Source: Candidatus Omnitrophota bacterium (GTDB taxonomy: Bacteria; Omnitrophota; Gorgyraeia; Zapsychrales; Fredricksoniimonadaceae). Taken from it: DNA of 64,000 nucleotides. The stretch is taken from positions 4,479 through 68,478 of the forward strand of contig JAKFXC010000062.1 in assembly GCA_021731625.1 (NCBI GenBank). Reading direction: 5' to 3'. Under the pieces are notes generated by a model. That model worked only from the letters and a program-made list of their open reading frames with translations. It was not told where the DNA came from and did not search any database. Shown here piece by piece: positions 10,176 to 19,938 of this stretch (position 1 is its first letter; each line of letters starts with the position of its first letter). Made by a program: the position numbers and the translations under genes.

Positions 10176-10875
10176 CAATGTCAGCATTGCCTTTGACCAT
10201 TATCAAAACCCGTCGGAAAAACTCATCATCATTGCCCCGGGTTTCTATAATAGCAAAGCTGCATTATTGCTTAAGGATTTGGCGCAGGCACTTGCCCCGG
10301 AGTATGATTGTATTGCTTTTGATTTCCGCGGGCACGGGCAGAGTGGGGGGGTGTTCTCTTGGGGGGCTAAGGAATATATGGACATGCAGGCGGTTTTGCA
10401 ATATGCTGCAAAAAGTTATGGCGCCATTGGCGTGATCGGGTTTTCTCTCGGCGCGGGCACCAGTTTGATCACTGCCGCGCGTTCGCAGCTCATCAAATCA
10501 GTCATTGCGGTCAGTGCGCCGTCGGATTTCGGAAAAATCGACTACCGTTTTTGGGAACTGGATTTTGAAAACGACATCCGTTACAGTCTTTTGAGCGAGG
10601 GCCGCATCGGCAAAGGGGCTAGGCCAGGGCCGTTTTGGTTGCCCAAGGAGAAGCCCTTGACGGCAGCGGCGCAATTGCGGGTCCCGGTGCTGTATATTCA
10701 TGGCACTCGGGATTGGGTCGTCAAACCATGGCATTCGCAGGCCTTGCTAGCCCAAACCGTTTCTAAAAAACGTCTGCAGGTCATCCAGGATGGCCCGCAT
10801 GCCGAATACTTACTGCGCCGCCATCGGGAGCAGTTGATCCGTTCAAGCCGGGAATGGTTTAAGGAAACTCTGTAG
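10141..10875 (+). CDS. Alpha/beta hydrolase
   Basis: FDFRGHGQS, GFSLG nucleophile elbow, HGTRDWVV, GPHA; start uncertain (TTG 10141). Confidence 0.85.
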   Translation: MKTFASRSRSADNVSIAFDHYQNPSEKLIIIAPGFYNSKAALLLKDLAQALAPEYDCIAFDFRGHGQSGGVFSWGAKEYMDMQAVLQYAAKSYGAIGVIGFSLGAGTSLITAARSQLIKSVIAVSAPSDFGKIDYRFWELDFENDIRYSLLSEGRIGKGARPGPFWLPKEKPLTAAAQLRVPVLYIHGTRDWVVKPWHSQALLAQTVSKKRLQVIQDGPHAEYLLRRHREQLIRSSREWFKETL

Positions 10876-10877
10876 CA

Positions 10878-11756
10878 ATGCATGACCATCATCATTCAGA
10901 AAACAAAGCGAATATTGCCATCGCCTTTGGTCTGAATTTGGCGTTTGCCGTCATTGAATTTGTCGGCGGGTATTTGACCAACAGTCTGGCCGTTTTTGCC
11001 AACGCCTTGCACGATTTGGGCGATTCTTTTTCCATAGGACTTTCCTGGTATTTTGCCAAACTCTCCGAGCAAACCCCCACCAAACAATTTTCGTACGGCT
11101 TTAAACGTTTTTCATTGCTGGCGGCCTTCATCAACGGCATCATTTTACTGGTCGGGTCCTTGCTCATCCTATCCAAGGCCTTTCCGCGCGTCCTGCATCC
11201 TGAGCCCTCTCACCCGGGAGGCATGCTGGTGTTTGCCGTGATCGGGATTGCGGTCAACGCCTTGGCCATGCTGCGCCTACACCACGGCAAGACCATGAAC
11301 GAGAAAATGCTGGCCTGGCATTTTATCGAGGACATTCTGGGCTGGGTGGCCGTGCTTATTGCCGGAATCATCATGCTTTTTATAGATATTCCGGTGCTGG
11401 ACCCTATCCTTTCGATTTTGATCACCTGTTACGTGCTATGGAACGTTTTTAAGAATTTTAGAAAAACCATCGTGCTGTTCATGCAGGGCGTGCCCGAAGA
11501 GCTTAAAGTCGAGACCATTAACCAGAAAATGCGCTCGGTGGCCATGGTCCAAAGCATCCATGACACCCACATCTGGTCTTTAGACGGAGAGCATCATATT
11601 TTGACCGCGCATATCGTGGTAGAGTCGGCCTTGTCCAAAGAACAAATTTTGGCGGTCAAATGCCAGCTTAAGAAGATTTTATCCGGGCTGGGCATCCCGC
11701 ATGCTACCCTGGAAATTGAGTTGAAGGGCGAGGAATGTGCGGCGTGCGGGCTTTAA
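10878..11756 (+). CDS. Cation diffusion facilitator (CzcD/ZitB-like Zn exporter)
   Basis: His-rich N-terminus, ALHDLGD, HFIED, IHDTHIWSL. Confidence 0.9.
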   Translation: MHDHHHSENKANIAIAFGLNLAFAVIEFVGGYLTNSLAVFANALHDLGDSFSIGLSWYFAKLSEQTPTKQFSYGFKRFSLLAAFINGIILLVGSLLILSKAFPRVLHPEPSHPGGMLVFAVIGIAVNALAMLRLHHGKTMNEKMLAWHFIEDILGWVAVLIAGIIMLFIDIPVLDPILSILITCYVLWNVFKNFRKTIVLFMQGVPEELKVETINQKMRSVAMVQSIHDTHIWSLDGEHHILTAHIVVESALSKEQILAVKCQLKKILSGLGIPHATLEIELKGEECAACGL

Positions 11757-11796
11757 TGTTATTTTCATATTTTTTTAATGTGACGAAGGCTAGACT
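11753..11796 (+). promoter_or_regulatory. Triple 11-bp-period repeat promoter (copy 2)
   Basis: TTAAT(11753)-TTCAT(11764)-TTAAT(11775), TAGACT at 11791. Confidence 0.75.
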
Positions 11797-11820
11797 AACA
11801 TAATTAACTGGAGGTGGAAG

Positions 11821-12099
11821 ATGGCTAAATTTTTACTGCTAGGCAAATACTCTCTCGAAGGCATCAAAGGCATCAAATCGGAACGCACCAATAAAGCCGT
11901 GGTGGCCATTCAAAAATCCGGCGGCCGGGTCGATGCCATGTATGCCTTGTTGGGCGGTTTTGATTTGGCCTTGGTGGTTGACTTTCCAAGCAATATTGAT
12001 GCCCTCAAAGCTTCGATTGTCATCACCAAATTGACCGACATCGGCTTCACCACCTGTCCGGCCATTCCCGTCGAAGAGTTTGACAAAGTGTTGGGATGA
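11821..12099 (+). CDS. GYD-domain protein
   Basis: YALLGGFDLALVVDFP; ~90 aa; RBS GGAGG. Confidence 0.8.
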   Translation: MAKFLLLGKYSLEGIKGIKSERTNKAVVAIQKSGGRVDAMYALLGGFDLALVVDFPSNIDALKASIVITKLTDIGFTTCPAIPVEEFDKVLG

Positions 12100-12224
12100 C
12101 CGACGCCTCTATGCGCAAGAAGTTTAAAATATTGCACATTGAGGACAACCTGGCGGAAGTCAATTTGGTCCATCAGGCATTTGACTTATTCTTACGTGTT
12201 TACCTTCGGAATAAGTCAATGTGA
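12096..12224 (+). pseudogene. Truncated response-regulator receiver remnant
   Basis: MTDASMRKKFKILHIEDNLAEVNLVHQAF matches REC beta1-alpha1 only, then stops at 42 aa. Confidence 0.6.
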
Positions 12225-12251
12225 TGTTCCGGTTTTTTTCTCCCGCCCGAC

Positions 12252-12295
12252 TTAATATTGATTTAATCCTCCTTTAATCCGCAATTTTGTAGACT
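12252..12295 (+). promoter_or_regulatory. Triple 11-bp-period repeat promoter (copy 3)
   Basis: TTAAT at 12252, 12263, 12274; TAGACT at 12290. Confidence 0.8.
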
Positions 12296-12330
12296 AACCT
12301 CAACCATCAATCAATTGACAACCATCGGAG

Positions 12331-12756
12331 GTGCCTATGTCATCTACAACTGTCAGTAAAATCATTGTCACGCTTATGTTCGGGTTCATAGCCTGCTTGG
12401 CCCACGCCACGAACACCAATGTGGGGCCGGTGGAAGGCAGAATCAAGGCTGTCTATTCCGATTTTATCACCATTGCGGTGCCGGACAGTGGGGCAAAATC
12501 CACCGATGCCAATATTGACAAAGGAGGGGATTTAAACTTTCGGATCAATTCCTCAGCGACGCTGTACAAGAATTTTAGCACATTGACGGATCTTAAAGAA
12601 GGTGATAAAGTAAGCATCGTCTACAGCGAGGAAAGAAATGGCAACATGGCTTCTATGATTACCAAGCTCGATTCCGCAGATGTGACGGCCGCCGGAATTG
12701 ACGCACCCTCGACAACGACAACCACCACGGTCACGACCACCACTTATCCGGGATAA
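12331..12756 (+). CDS. Secreted hypothetical protein with Thr-rich tail
   Basis: Signal peptide (AHA), DLKEGDKVSIVY resembling the 1908 protein, poly-Thr C-terminus; ATG 12337 is an alternative start. Confidence 0.7.
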   Translation: MPMSSTTVSKIIVTLMFGFIACLAHATNTNVGPVEGRIKAVYSDFITIAVPDSGAKSTDANIDKGGDLNFRINSSATLYKNFSTLTDLKEGDKVSIVYSEERNGNMASMITKLDSADVTAAGIDAPSTTTTTTVTTTTYPG

Positions 12757-12760
12757 CCTA

Positions 12761-13048
12761 ATGGCCCAAGCCTTTACGGCTGATAATGTCCAAGAACGCC
12801 TGAAGCAGCTCGACGGCTGGAAGTTGCAAAAGGACGGCAAGACCATTTACCGGGAATTTGCGGTCAAGAATTTTGTGGCGGCAGTGGACCTGATCAACCG
12901 CATTGCGCCTATTGCGGAAGGTTTAGGCCACCATCCGGACCTTCATCTTACCGGATACCGCCACTTGCGTGTGGAGCTCACCACCCATTCCACCGGTGGC
13001 CTTTCAGAAAAGGATTTCCTGGCAGCTGCCAAAATCAATGATCTTTAA
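12761..13048 (+). CDS. phhB: Pterin-4-alpha-carbinolamine dehydratase
   Basis: AEGLGHHPDL, LTTHSTGGLSEKDF; ATG 12761. Confidence 0.9.
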   Translation: MAQAFTADNVQERLKQLDGWKLQKDGKTIYREFAVKNFVAAVDLINRIAPIAEGLGHHPDLHLTGYRHLRVELTTHSTGGLSEKDFLAAAKINDL

Positions 13049-13511
13049 GAAGCGTCTTCTCATCATCGACGACGAGCCATTGATCCCGAATTTATTGAAG
13101 GAAATCATTGAGGCAGACCAGGACCTGGAAATTGCCGGGGTGGCCACCAGAAAAACGGAGTTCTTGGCAATGATTTGGAAGGAAGCTTTTGATGCCCTCC
13201 TCATAGATCTTTCCATTGAGGAACGGGAAGGCGGACTGAAGTTGCTTTCTGCGTTGCAGAAAGAAAAGATAGTCATCCCATCCATTGTGTTCTCAGCCCA
13301 TGACGAACAGGATTACGCCCTCAAATGTTTAAAATTTGGGGCCAAAGGTTACATCAGCAAAAATTCTTTGGTCCCAGACCTGATCAGGGGAGTCAAAGAG
13401 GTATTAAACGGCAATTTGTTTGTGTCCGGTGAAAGCGGCAAGTACATCCTGGACCAGTATAAGCAGCACCACGCCAAAATCTATTACAATCCTCCGCCAT
13501 CGTCTTTTTAA
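13038..13511 (+). CDS. NarL-type receiver protein lacking the LuxR HTH
   Basis: LLIIDDEP, LLIDLS, FSAHDE, GAKGYISK; ends without an HTH. Confidence 0.8.
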   Translation: MIFKKRLLIIDDEPLIPNLLKEIIEADQDLEIAGVATRKTEFLAMIWKEAFDALLIDLSIEEREGGLKLLSALQKEKIVIPSIVFSAHDEQDYALKCLKFGAKGYISKNSLVPDLIRGVKEVLNGNLFVSGESGKYILDQYKQHHAKIYYNPPPSSF

Positions 13512-13551
13512 TTTAATTTTCACATTCTTTTAATCGCCACCGTGTTAAAAA
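13508..13551 (+). promoter_or_regulatory. Triple 11-bp-period repeat promoter (copy 4)
   Basis: TTAAT(13508)-TTCAC(13519)-TTAAT(13530), TAAAAA at 13546. Confidence 0.7.
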
Positions 13552-13556
13552 ATCAC

Positions 13557-15416
13557 ATGCCTGTACCACCTCCACAAGCGTCTAAACAGCTGGGAGCCAA
13601 GGTCTTGAAGCAGGGGGTGTTTTTTAAAGTGTGGGCCCCCAGATGCAAGCAGGTGGACGTGCTTATCGAACGGCAGCGGCTCTCGCCATTTCGCCTGCGG
13701 TCCCACGCCAATGGTTTTCACAGCGGGTTGTTCCCCGGCTTGGAAGCTGGCGCGTTGTACAAATTCCGTCTGAACCATAAGCATTCTTATCCCGATCCGG
13801 TTTCCCGTTACCAACCTGAAGGGCCGCACGGGCCCTCGATGGTCATTGACCCTACGAGCTATCGTTGGAAAGATCAATCCTGGCAAAGAAAGGGCATCCG
13901 CCTCCAGGGGCAGGTGTTTTATGAGGTCCACGTTGGGGCATTTACCGCTGAAGGGACTTTTGCGGCCATGGTCGACCAACTGGCCGCACTTAAAAAACTG
14001 GGCATCACCGCCATTGAGTTGATGCCGCTGGCCGAGTTTCCCGGGCGGTGGAACTGGGGATATGACGGGGTCAATTTATTTGCCCCTGCCCATGTGTATG
14101 GGGCCCCGGATGATCTGCGCCGGTTGGTGGATGCCGCCCACCGGCAGGGGATGGCGATGGTCCTGGACGTGGTGTACAACCATTTTGGTCCCGACGGAAA
14201 TTATTTAAAATTTTTTAGCCCCGATTATTTTACCAGGCGTTACAAGACCGACTGGGGGGAGGCGATCAATTTTGACGGCAAGAATGCCGCCCAGGTCAGA
14301 CAATTTTTTTTACAGAATGCCGCGTATTGGATCAAGGAGTTTCATTTTGACGGGCTGCGCCTGGATGCCACCCAGAATATTTATGACCAGGGCAAACCGC
14401 ATATCCTGGCGGAAATCACTAAAACCGTCCGGGCCGCGGCCTCCCCGAAGAAAGTTTTGCTGATTGGGGAAAACGAACCTCAGGAAGTCCGTTTGCTTAA
14501 ATCTCCCGCTCAAGGCGGTTATGGTTTGGATTCGCTATGGAATGATGATTTTCACCACACGGCGTATGTGCGCATGACCGGCCGTCGGGAAGCCTATTAC
14601 ACCGACTATCTGGGGCACGCGCAAGAATTCATTTCCATGGTCAAGCGGGGATTTATGTACCAGGGCCAATTTTATTCCTGGCAAAACCAACCCCGGGGAA
14701 CATATGTGGACGACCAAATCCCGGCCAGCGCTTTTACGGTCTATTTGGAAAATCATGACCAAGTGGCCAATAGTTTATACGGCCTGCGGATGGCTCATCA
14801 AACGGATATTGCGCTGTACCGCGCGCTGACCGCTTTGTTCCTTTTGGGCCCTCAGACGCCGCTGATTTTTATGGGCCAAGAATTTGCGGCCTCGACGCCG
14901 TTTTTATTTTTCACCGACCATGACAAAGAGCTGGGTCCCCTGGTGTTTAAAGGCCGCAAAGAATTCTTGTGCCAGTTTCCCAGCATTGCGGCCGCCGTGC
15001 ATAAGGTCCAGGACCCTCAGGACGCCAAGGCTTTCACGGCCTGCAAATTGAAATTCGAAGAACGCCGCACCCACAAAGAAATTTATGCTTTGCATGCCGA
15101 TTTATTAAAAATCCGTCGGGAAGACGATGTCATCAAGCGTCAAGATCATCAAGCCATCGAGGGCGCGGTCTTTACCCAGGATGCGTTTGTGCTGCGGTAT
15201 AAACATAAGGAGGCGCATCGCTTGCTGGTGGTGAATTTCGGCGACGATGTGCATTTTGTCCCTGTCTGTGAATCTTTATTGGCCCCGTTGCCGCACAGGC
15301 CCTGGGCGTTTCTTTGGTCCAGCGAAGACCCCAAGTACGGGGGCCGCGGCAAAATTCAAGCCCTGACACAGAAAGGGTGGTCTATTCCGGGCCGCTGCGC
15401 CCAATTGTATGGTTGA
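13557..15416 (+). CDS. treZ: Malto-oligosyltrehalose trehalohydrolase (GH13)
   Basis: WNWGYDGV, DVVYNHFGPDG, DGLRLDAT, WNDDFHH, NHDQVAN, FMGQEF. Confidence 0.93.
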   Translation: MPVPPPQASKQLGAKVLKQGVFFKVWAPRCKQVDVLIERQRLSPFRLRSHANGFHSGLFPGLEAGALYKFRLNHKHSYPDPVSRYQPEGPHGPSMVIDPTSYRWKDQSWQRKGIRLQGQVFYEVHVGAFTAEGTFAAMVDQLAALKKLGITAIELMPLAEFPGRWNWGYDGVNLFAPAHVYGAPDDLRRLVDAAHRQGMAMVLDVVYNHFGPDGNYLKFFSPDYFTRRYKTDWGEAINFDGKNAAQVRQFFLQNAAYWIKEFHFDGLRLDATQNIYDQGKPHILAEITKTVRAAASPKKVLLIGENEPQEVRLLKSPAQGGYGLDSLWNDDFHHTAYVRMTGRREAYYTDYLGHAQEFISMVKRGFMYQGQFYSWQNQPRGTYVDDQIPASAFTVYLENHDQVANSLYGLRMAHQTDIALYRALTALFLLGPQTPLIFMGQEFAASTPFLFFTDHDKELGPLVFKGRKEFLCQFPSIAAAVHKVQDPQDAKAFTACKLKFEERRTHKEIYALHADLLKIRREDDVIKRQDHQAIEGAVFTQDAFVLRYKHKEAHRLLVVNFGDDVHFVPVCESLLAPLPHRPWAFLWSSEDPKYGGRGKIQALTQKGWSIPGRCAQLYG

Positions 15417-17394
15417 ACCCATCTTAAATATTCCCATCAATCCGGATGATTCCATAGAACGCTTAAGCTCCAGAGAGTGGTTAGTCACTAATGGTCTGGG
15501 CGGATACGCGTCGGGGACCATAATGGGACTCAACACCCGCCGGTATCATGGGCTGTTTGTCCCCAATTTGTCCGCCCCTTTGGGCCGCACCATGATGCTG
15601 CCGTTTCTGGCCGAAGACGTCCTTTTTGATCAGCAAAAAGTCGCCCTGGGCGCCATCGAATACAAGGATGGCCATATGGACAGCAAGGGCAAACAATTCC
15701 TGCGGGAGTTTCGCCTCGAGTGGCTCACACCTACCTGGATCTACGACTTTAACGGCCACATTTTGGAAAAAAGAATTTTTATGCCGTTTGCCAAAAATAC
15801 GGTTTATGCGTCCTACCGGTTAAGCGGGGGGAGAGGGCCTGTACGTTTGCAGTTGAGGCCGTATTGTTCCTGCCGTGTCCATGATGGATCCTTGGGTTAT
15901 CCTCCGGATTGGCCGTTCACCGTCAAGATTGAGAAAGAGCGCTATGAGATTTCAGCCTTCGAGGGGGCGCCAGCCTTACGGTTGTCGATCGATCCGTTCA
16001 AAGGATTTTTTGTGGCGGAAGGCGATTGGTTAAAAAATGTTTTTTACCGTCTAGAATTGCAGAGAGGCCTGGACTGCGTCGAGAATATTCATAGCCCCGG
16101 ATTTTTTTCTTTTGAGCTGGAGGACAATGCCGAGATGTTTTTTATGGCCAGCAACGAAGGTTGGGATTCTCTGGTCCGAGACCCGGCGGACATTTTTGAT
16201 GAGGAACTGAAACGGCGTAAAAATACCGTGGCCCAGGCCCAAGGCGTTGTTCATCACCACGTCACCAGCCAACTGGCCCTGGCTGCCGACCAATTCATTG
16301 CTTTGCCCCGCACCCGGGATGAAAAAAATGCCCGCACGGTCATGGCCGGTTACCATTGGTTTACCGACTGGGGTAGGGACACTATGATCAGTTTGGAAGG
16401 ATTGACATTGTGCACCGGCCGTAAGGCCGAGGCCCGGAAAATTTTGGAGACGTTTTCGCACTATGTGCGCAACGGGCTGTTACCCAACCATTTTCCCGAG
16501 GGGGAGACGCATCCTATTTATAACACGGCCGACGCCACTTTTTGGTTTTTTCACGCCATTGACCGCTATGTCCATTACACCCATGATCGGGGCATGGTGG
16601 AGCAGCTGTATCCCATTTTAGAATCTATCATTGATTGGCATGTGCAGGGGACCGATTTCGGGATATATATGGACCCTGCCGACGGTTTGATCCACGCCGG
16701 GACCGAAGGCCAGCAATTGACTTGGATGGATGCCAAAGTGGATGATTGGGTGGTCACTCCCCGCCGGGGAAAGCCGGTAGAAATTCAGGGTCTGTGGTTT
16801 AATGCCTTGCGGTTGATGGAAATGTGGAGCCAGTGGTTAGGCAAACCTTCGGATAAATACGCCCAGCTGGCCGAAAGAACGTTTGAGTCCTTTCATCGGA
16901 TTTTTTGGTACAAGGAGGGGGGTTATCTTTATGACGTGGTCAACGACCACCATGGCAATGATCACTCCCTGCGGCCGAACCAGATATTTGCGTTGTCATT
17001 GCATTTTCCGTTGCTGCACAAAGACCGTTGGAAAAATGTGGTGGATATCGTTGAAGAAAAATTGCTTACGCCCTTTGGGCTTCGGACCCTGGATGCGGGC
17101 CACAAAGATTACCATGCCCGTTATGAAGGTAACCGTTACCAGAGGGACGGCGCCTATCACCAGGGACTGGTCTGGGCCTGGTTGATCGGCCCTTTTCTGG
17201 ATGCCTGGGAAAAGGTCTACCATGACCCCAACAAGGCGCGGGAATTCTTCAAGGCCTTTGAAACACATTTGAAAGAAGCCGGCATTGGCACCGTTAGTGA
17301 AATCTTTGATGGGGATTGGCCTTATCTTCCCCGGGGATGCATGGCCCAGGCCTGGAGTGTGGCTGAGGTGCTGCGTTCCTTCTTGCGCCTTTAA
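15409..17394 (+). CDS. Amylo-alpha-1,6-glucosidase (glycogen debranching enzyme family)
   Basis: EWLVTNGLGGYASGT, AGYHWFTDWGRDTMI, LTWMDAK, AYHQG, QAWSVAE. Confidence 0.92.
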   Translation: MVEPILNIPINPDDSIERLSSREWLVTNGLGGYASGTIMGLNTRRYHGLFVPNLSAPLGRTMMLPFLAEDVLFDQQKVALGAIEYKDGHMDSKGKQFLREFRLEWLTPTWIYDFNGHILEKRIFMPFAKNTVYASYRLSGGRGPVRLQLRPYCSCRVHDGSLGYPPDWPFTVKIEKERYEISAFEGAPALRLSIDPFKGFFVAEGDWLKNVFYRLELQRGLDCVENIHSPGFFSFELEDNAEMFFMASNEGWDSLVRDPADIFDEELKRRKNTVAQAQGVVHHHVTSQLALAADQFIALPRTRDEKNARTVMAGYHWFTDWGRDTMISLEGLTLCTGRKAEARKILETFSHYVRNGLLPNHFPEGETHPIYNTADATFWFFHAIDRYVHYTHDRGMVEQLYPILESIIDWHVQGTDFGIYMDPADGLIHAGTEGQQLTWMDAKVDDWVVTPRRGKPVEIQGLWFNALRLMEMWSQWLGKPSDKYAQLAERTFESFHRIFWYKEGGYLYDVVNDHHGNDHSLRPNQIFALSLHFPLLHKDRWKNVVDIVEEKLLTPFGLRTLDAGHKDYHARYEGNRYQRDGAYHQGLVWAWLIGPFLDAWEKVYHDPNKAREFFKAFETHLKEAGIGTVSEIFDGDWPYLPRGCMAQAWSVAEVLRSFLRL

Positions 17395-17434
17395 TTTTTT
17401 CTTAATGCTGCATTCATTTCGGTTCACATAGAAT
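17391..17434 (+). promoter_or_regulatory. Triple 11-bp-period repeat promoter (copy 5)
   Basis: TTAAT(17391)-TTAAT(17402)-TTCAT(17413), TAGAAT at 17429. Confidence 0.8.
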
Positions 17435-17477
17435 AAAGGTCCAAGCATTTAAAATTAGTTAATTTAGGAGATGAATT

Positions 17478-17861
17478 ATGGCCGTTTTTAAGTCTATGGA
17501 CGGATCGCCTAAGGCCTTTCGCATCCTGCGTTTTTGTTATGTGGTTTTATCTTTGATTGCCGGATTGGACAAATTTTCTAATTCTTTGGTCAACTGGACC
17601 GCGTATTTGTCGCCGATCGTCAGCAGCAAGATGAATCCGTGTGCATTTATGAAGTTCGTGGGCGTCGTCGAAATCGCCTCCGGACTTTTGGCCATTGTCA
17701 ACCCCCGTAGTGCTGGTTATGTGATTGCCGCCTAGCTTTGGGGGATCATCCTCAACCTTTTGACTATTCCCGGCTACTATGACGTCGCGGCGCGAGACTT
17801 TGCCTTGGCTCTGGGAGTGCTGGCCCTGGCCAATTTGGCCCGGGATCATCAACATGTTTAA
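17478..17861 (+). pseudogene. DoxX-like membrane protein with in-frame TAG at 17733
   Basis: AGLDKF..LVNW..YL, VGVVEI; past the TAG (expected Trp TGG) the frame continues LWGIILNLLTIPGYYDVAARDFALALG. Confidence 0.75.
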
Positions 17862-17879
17862 ATTGACTAAAGGGTCTAC

Positions 17880-19937
17880 ATGGTGCTATTGACGGGAACC
17901 CCGGAGCCCCTCGGCGCAACTTTCGCCAGCGAGGGGGTCAACTTTGCCATTTTTTCCAAATATGCCGCCGAAGTGAATCTCTTATTATTTGAACAGGCTG
18001 ACCAAGCTCCGGTGCAGACGATCAAACTCAACCGCAGCGGCGACATGTGGCATGCGTTTGTGCCGGGCTTGAAGGCGGGGCAGCTGTATGGCTATAAAAT
18101 CGACGGAGAATATAACCCCAGCCAGGGAAAAAGATTTAACCCCCACAAGCTGTTGCTGGATCCGTATGCCAAAGCCGTGACGGGAAAATTCAAGGACCAG
18201 GACCGGGTGATTTTTGCGTATGACGTGGCCGCGCCGGAAAAGGACCTGAAAATGGACCTTCGTGACACCGCTTTAGTCGCCCCGAAGGCCATTGTCATCG
18301 ACGACCAATTCGATTGGGGGGAGGACAGGCGCCCGCAGATTCCTGTGGAGGAACTGATCATTTACGAGACCCATGTCAAGGCCATGACTGCTCATCCTTC
18401 CTCATCGGTCGAAGCCGCCGGCACCTACTTGGGGTTCGTCGAAAAAATCCCTTACCTCAAAGAACTGGGCATTAATGCCGTGGAGTTTTTGCCCGTGCAT
18501 GAATTTTATATCCGCACAGAACTTTTGGATAAAGGGCTGACCGATTTTTGGGGGTATAACACCATCGGTTTTTTTGCCCCGGAGTTCTCCTACAGCACCC
18601 AGGCCAAACCCGGATGCCAGGTGCAGGAATTTAAAACTTTGGTGAAAGCGCTGCACGAGGCCGGCATCGAAGTCATCCTGGATGTGGTGTATAACCACAC
18701 CGGCGAGGGCAGTGAGCTAGGCCCGACGTTGTGTTTTAAGGGCATCGACAACCCCACCTATTATGCGTTGGTGCAGAACCCGCAAAACCCGCAGGAGCAG
18801 TACCGGTATTATTTAAACGACACCGGCACCGGCAATACCTTTAACGTCGAGCACCCACAAGTGTTGCGCCTGATCCTCGACTCCCTGAAATATTGGGCGA
18901 CCATCATGCGCGTCGATGGATTCCGTTTTGATCTGGCCCCCATTTTGGCCCGCACAAACGGCCTCTTCGACCCGCAGTCGCCCTTTTTTGAGGCAATTGC
19001 GAAAGACCCGGTTTTGAGTAAACTAAAAATGATCGCCGAGCCCTGGGATTTAACCACCTATCAGATGGGTCATTTTCCCGCGGGCTGGTTGGAGTGGAAC
19101 GGAAAATTCCGAGACACCAGCCGCTCGTTTATCAAAGGTGATGAGGGCCAGGCCCCGGAAATGGCCAAATGCCTGACCGGTTCTGCAGAAATTTTTCCGC
19201 CTCCCGATAAACGCAGCGTGAATTTTATCGCCTGCCATGACGGCTTTACCCTCCACGATGTGTTTGCTTATAACAGCAAACACAATGAAGCGAACCAGGA
19301 GGACAACCGCGATGGTTTAAACGATAACCATTCTTGGAATTGCGGGGTAGAGGGCGAGACCACAGACGCTGGCATCCTCCAGCTGCGTAAGCAAATGGTC
19401 AAAAATGGTTTGTGCGCGACTTTGTTTTCCTCCGGCACCCCTATGTTGCTTTATGGCGATGAGGTCTGGCGCACGCAGAAAGGAAATAACAATGCGTATT
19501 GCCAGGATAATGCCCGCACGTGGTTTCATTGGGAAGATTTAAAAAAACATGCCGATATTTTTAAGTTTTGCCAAAAGGCCATTGCGTTTAGAAAATCCTG
19601 TGGGCTGCTCAAGCCAGTGTCGGTGATATCCTGGTATAACCAGCGCCTGGCCCCACCACTCAACTGGCACAACCCGCGTTTAAAATTCCTGTGTTATGAA
19701 CTGGCCGACCCAGACATCGGCAAAGACGATTTCCTATTTATGGTCTGGAACATGAACCACCGCGGGACGTTAGTTGATCTGCCGCCGCATGAGAATTACC
19801 GGTGGTTCCGCCTGGTCGACACCGCGCAAAAAGCCGGCGAGGATTTTTTTCCGTCGGGGGAGGGGCGGCCATTGCGCCGGCTCCGCACCCATTGCCAGGC
19901 CCGCAGCGTGAGCATCTTCGTCGGAAGGAGGGCCTAG
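17880..19937 (+). CDS. glgX: Glycogen debranching enzyme GlgX/TreX (isoamylase, GH13)
   Basis: GVNFAIFS, LLLDPYAKA, FWGYNT, DVVYNHTGEG, DGFRFDLA, HDGFTL, GNNNAYCQDN. Confidence 0.93.
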   Translation: MVLLTGTPEPLGATFASEGVNFAIFSKYAAEVNLLLFEQADQAPVQTIKLNRSGDMWHAFVPGLKAGQLYGYKIDGEYNPSQGKRFNPHKLLLDPYAKAVTGKFKDQDRVIFAYDVAAPEKDLKMDLRDTALVAPKAIVIDDQFDWGEDRRPQIPVEELIIYETHVKAMTAHPSSSVEAAGTYLGFVEKIPYLKELGINAVEFLPVHEFYIRTELLDKGLTDFWGYNTIGFFAPEFSYSTQAKPGCQVQEFKTLVKALHEAGIEVILDVVYNHTGEGSELGPTLCFKGIDNPTYYALVQNPQNPQEQYRYYLNDTGTGNTFNVEHPQVLRLILDSLKYWATIMRVDGFRFDLAPILARTNGLFDPQSPFFEAIAKDPVLSKLKMIAEPWDLTTYQMGHFPAGWLEWNGKFRDTSRSFIKGDEGQAPEMAKCLTGSAEIFPPPDKRSVNFIACHDGFTLHDVFAYNSKHNEANQEDNRDGLNDNHSWNCGVEGETTDAGILQLRKQMVKNGLCATLFSSGTPMLLYGDEVWRTQKGNNNAYCQDNARTWFHWEDLKKHADIFKFCQKAIAFRKSCGLLKPVSVISWYNQRLAPPLNWHNPRLKFLCYELADPDIGKDDFLFMVWNMNHRGTLVDLPPHENYRWFRLVDTAQKAGEDFFPSGEGRPLRRLRTHCQARSVSIFVGRRA

Positions 19938-19938
19938 C

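Noticed and set aside
1100-17735. Stop-codon reassignment to explain the in-frame TAA and TAG
   Set aside because: TAA, TAG and TGA all end many intact genes here, and the two cases are different codons each one substitution from a sense codon
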